DNA from: an uncultured Oscillospiraceae bacterium
GTDB lineage: Bacteria; Bacillota; Clostridia; Oscillospirales; Ruminococcaceae
Reading direction: 5' to 3'
DNA: 24,683 nt
Assembly (NCBI GenBank): GCA_958427155.1
Contig: CAUABB010000001.1
Span: forward strand, 1-24,683
The position numbers were made by a program, and so were the translations under genes. The notes beneath the pieces were generated by a model, which worked only from the letters and a program-made list of their open reading frames with translations, did not search any database and was not told the origin of the DNA. Of the stretch, positions 23,704-24,683 are shown in pieces. Each line of letters begins with the position of its first letter. Positions within the stretch are counted from its first letter, which is position 1.

Positions 23704-24589
23704 TGTGGTCACTCCTCACTACTTCACCATATTTTCTGATTGTAGTATCAGAATTCCCTATTAAAATCCGTTTATTGTCACTATGCTTTATAAGCATACA
23801 ATTGAAGTTTTCCACTTGTTTTTCTTCAATATAAACCATTCGATTTTTAAAATTGCGAGAGTTTTTATAATTTCCAAATAACACAGCAACCTTTGGAGAT
23901 AGGGCAAAATATATACAAGTTTTATCATCTTCAATAATTATCGGATCATCTCCTACACAAACAGGGATATTGCTTGTTATAAACGAATTTGTTCGGGCAT
24001 AGAAAAAGATATAGTTCAACCTTTTTAAGGCTTCAAGACATACCTGCATAAAGCTATTTTCAAATTCATCAGTTAGCATAACTTTTTTCTTTGCGGCAAG
24101 GCAAATAGAATCTGCCCCGCCAAATCCCATATCATCTAACATGGTGCGGATTTGTTTTATTTCATCATTATCAGTGTCATCCGGTTCTAATTTATTTAAG
24201 GCAAGTGCTTCCATATTTTCAGGGTTACGCACGATCATGTTAACTACAAATTGAAAAAATATATTCCGCTCGTTTCCTTGCAATATAAGCGCATTCGGGT
24301 TTTGTGATGGACAGCAAATGTGCAATATTGTGGTTAGAACTTTAGAAAATTCGCCTTCATATTCGCAGAAAAGTTTTTCAAGATGATTTTGAAGTACAAA
24401 CTCCCCAAGTTTTGGATTTGCATTTTCCCATTTTGTTTCATACAAGTTATTTTCATAACAAATATTTTTCGGGCTTTGCGTGAAAAACTTATTTTGCTTA
24501 AAATCGTATATGTGAAGCAACCCCTTTTCATCTGCAAAATTTCTCAAATAAAACTGTGGGACATAATGCTCTTTAACCGTATTCTGCAT
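23690..24589 (-). CDS. DUF4238-domain protein
   Basis: N-terminal EHYVPQFYLRNF, ICYENNLY, FITSNIPV and FALSPKVAV patterns typical of DUF4238; AAGGAG RBS. Confidence 0.78.
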   Translation of the reverse strand: MQNTVKEHYVPQFYLRNFADEKGLLHIYDFKQNKFFTQSPKNICYENNLYETKWENANPKLGEFVLQNHLEKLFCEYEGEFSKVLTTILHICCPSQNPNALILQGNERNIFFQFVVNMIVRNPENMEALALNKLEPDDTDNDEIKQIRTMLDDMGFGGADSICLAAKKKVMLTDEFENSFMQVCLEALKRLNYIFFYARTNSFITSNIPVCVGDDPIIIEDDKTCIYFALSPKVAVLFGNYKNSRNFKNRMVYIEEKQVENFNCMLIKHSDNKRILIGNSDTTIRKYGEVVRSDHNAEL

Positions 24590-24648
24590 TTTTAAGGCGA
24601 ACTCCTTTCTATAAGATTTTCTTTGCAGATAAATGATAATTTAGCGGC

Positions 24649-24683
24649 TTAGGTGGTTAGCTTAAATAGCAACGTTTTTTTCA
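24649..24683 (-). CDS. 3' end of an upstream gene, possibly hsdS
   Basis: Reads ...KKTLLFKLTT*, resembling the HsdS C-terminal LKxxLLxKL helix. Only 11 complete codons (including the stop) are visible. Confidence 0.35.
   Translation of the reverse strand, partial: KKTLLFKLTT

Larger units (their letters stand above)
19745..24683. mobile_element. Left end of an integrative/mobilisable island carrying tnpV and a type I restriction-modification locus; continues beyond the window
   Basis: tRNA-end remnant, tnpV, RM and DUF4238 cargo, and compositional shifts. No integrase is visible in the window. Confidence 0.55.

Noticed and set aside
1..24683. CRISPR array, rRNA, intact tRNA or transposase/integrase gene
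   Set aside because: No regularly spaced repeats, full cloverleaf, rRNA signature or recombinase motifs were seen by eye.

Overview
The window looks like a Clostridia chromosome segment (probably Oscillospiraceae/Ruminococcaceae-like; this is inferred from gene content and Rex-box style). The left 14 kb is housekeeping: the 3' end of a GNAT acetyltransferase, an NhaC-family transporter, a SAM methyltransferase, corA, pit-DUF47, a MATE pump, an APH-like kinase, adhE with two Rex boxes, and a 1052-aa Endonuclease Q (PHP)-UvrD helicase fusion carrying two sliding-clamp-type motifs. From 14.3 to 17.3 kb there is an uncharacterised two-gene module (AbrB/MraZ-like protein plus a divergent sigma70-like protein) behind a palindrome, an orphan divergent promoter, and an O-antigen ligase/polymerase-like gene ending in RAGP. 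The right part is accessory. A ferredoxin operon with a BigR/SqrR-type two-cysteine ArsR repressor is followed by a structured spacer holding a displaced tRNA 3' end plus terminator, a probable att site. Beyond it lies a mobile island with tnpV, a small partner ORF, type I hsdR and a DUF4238 gene, continuing past the window edge. All calls come from motif reading only, and no searches were run.
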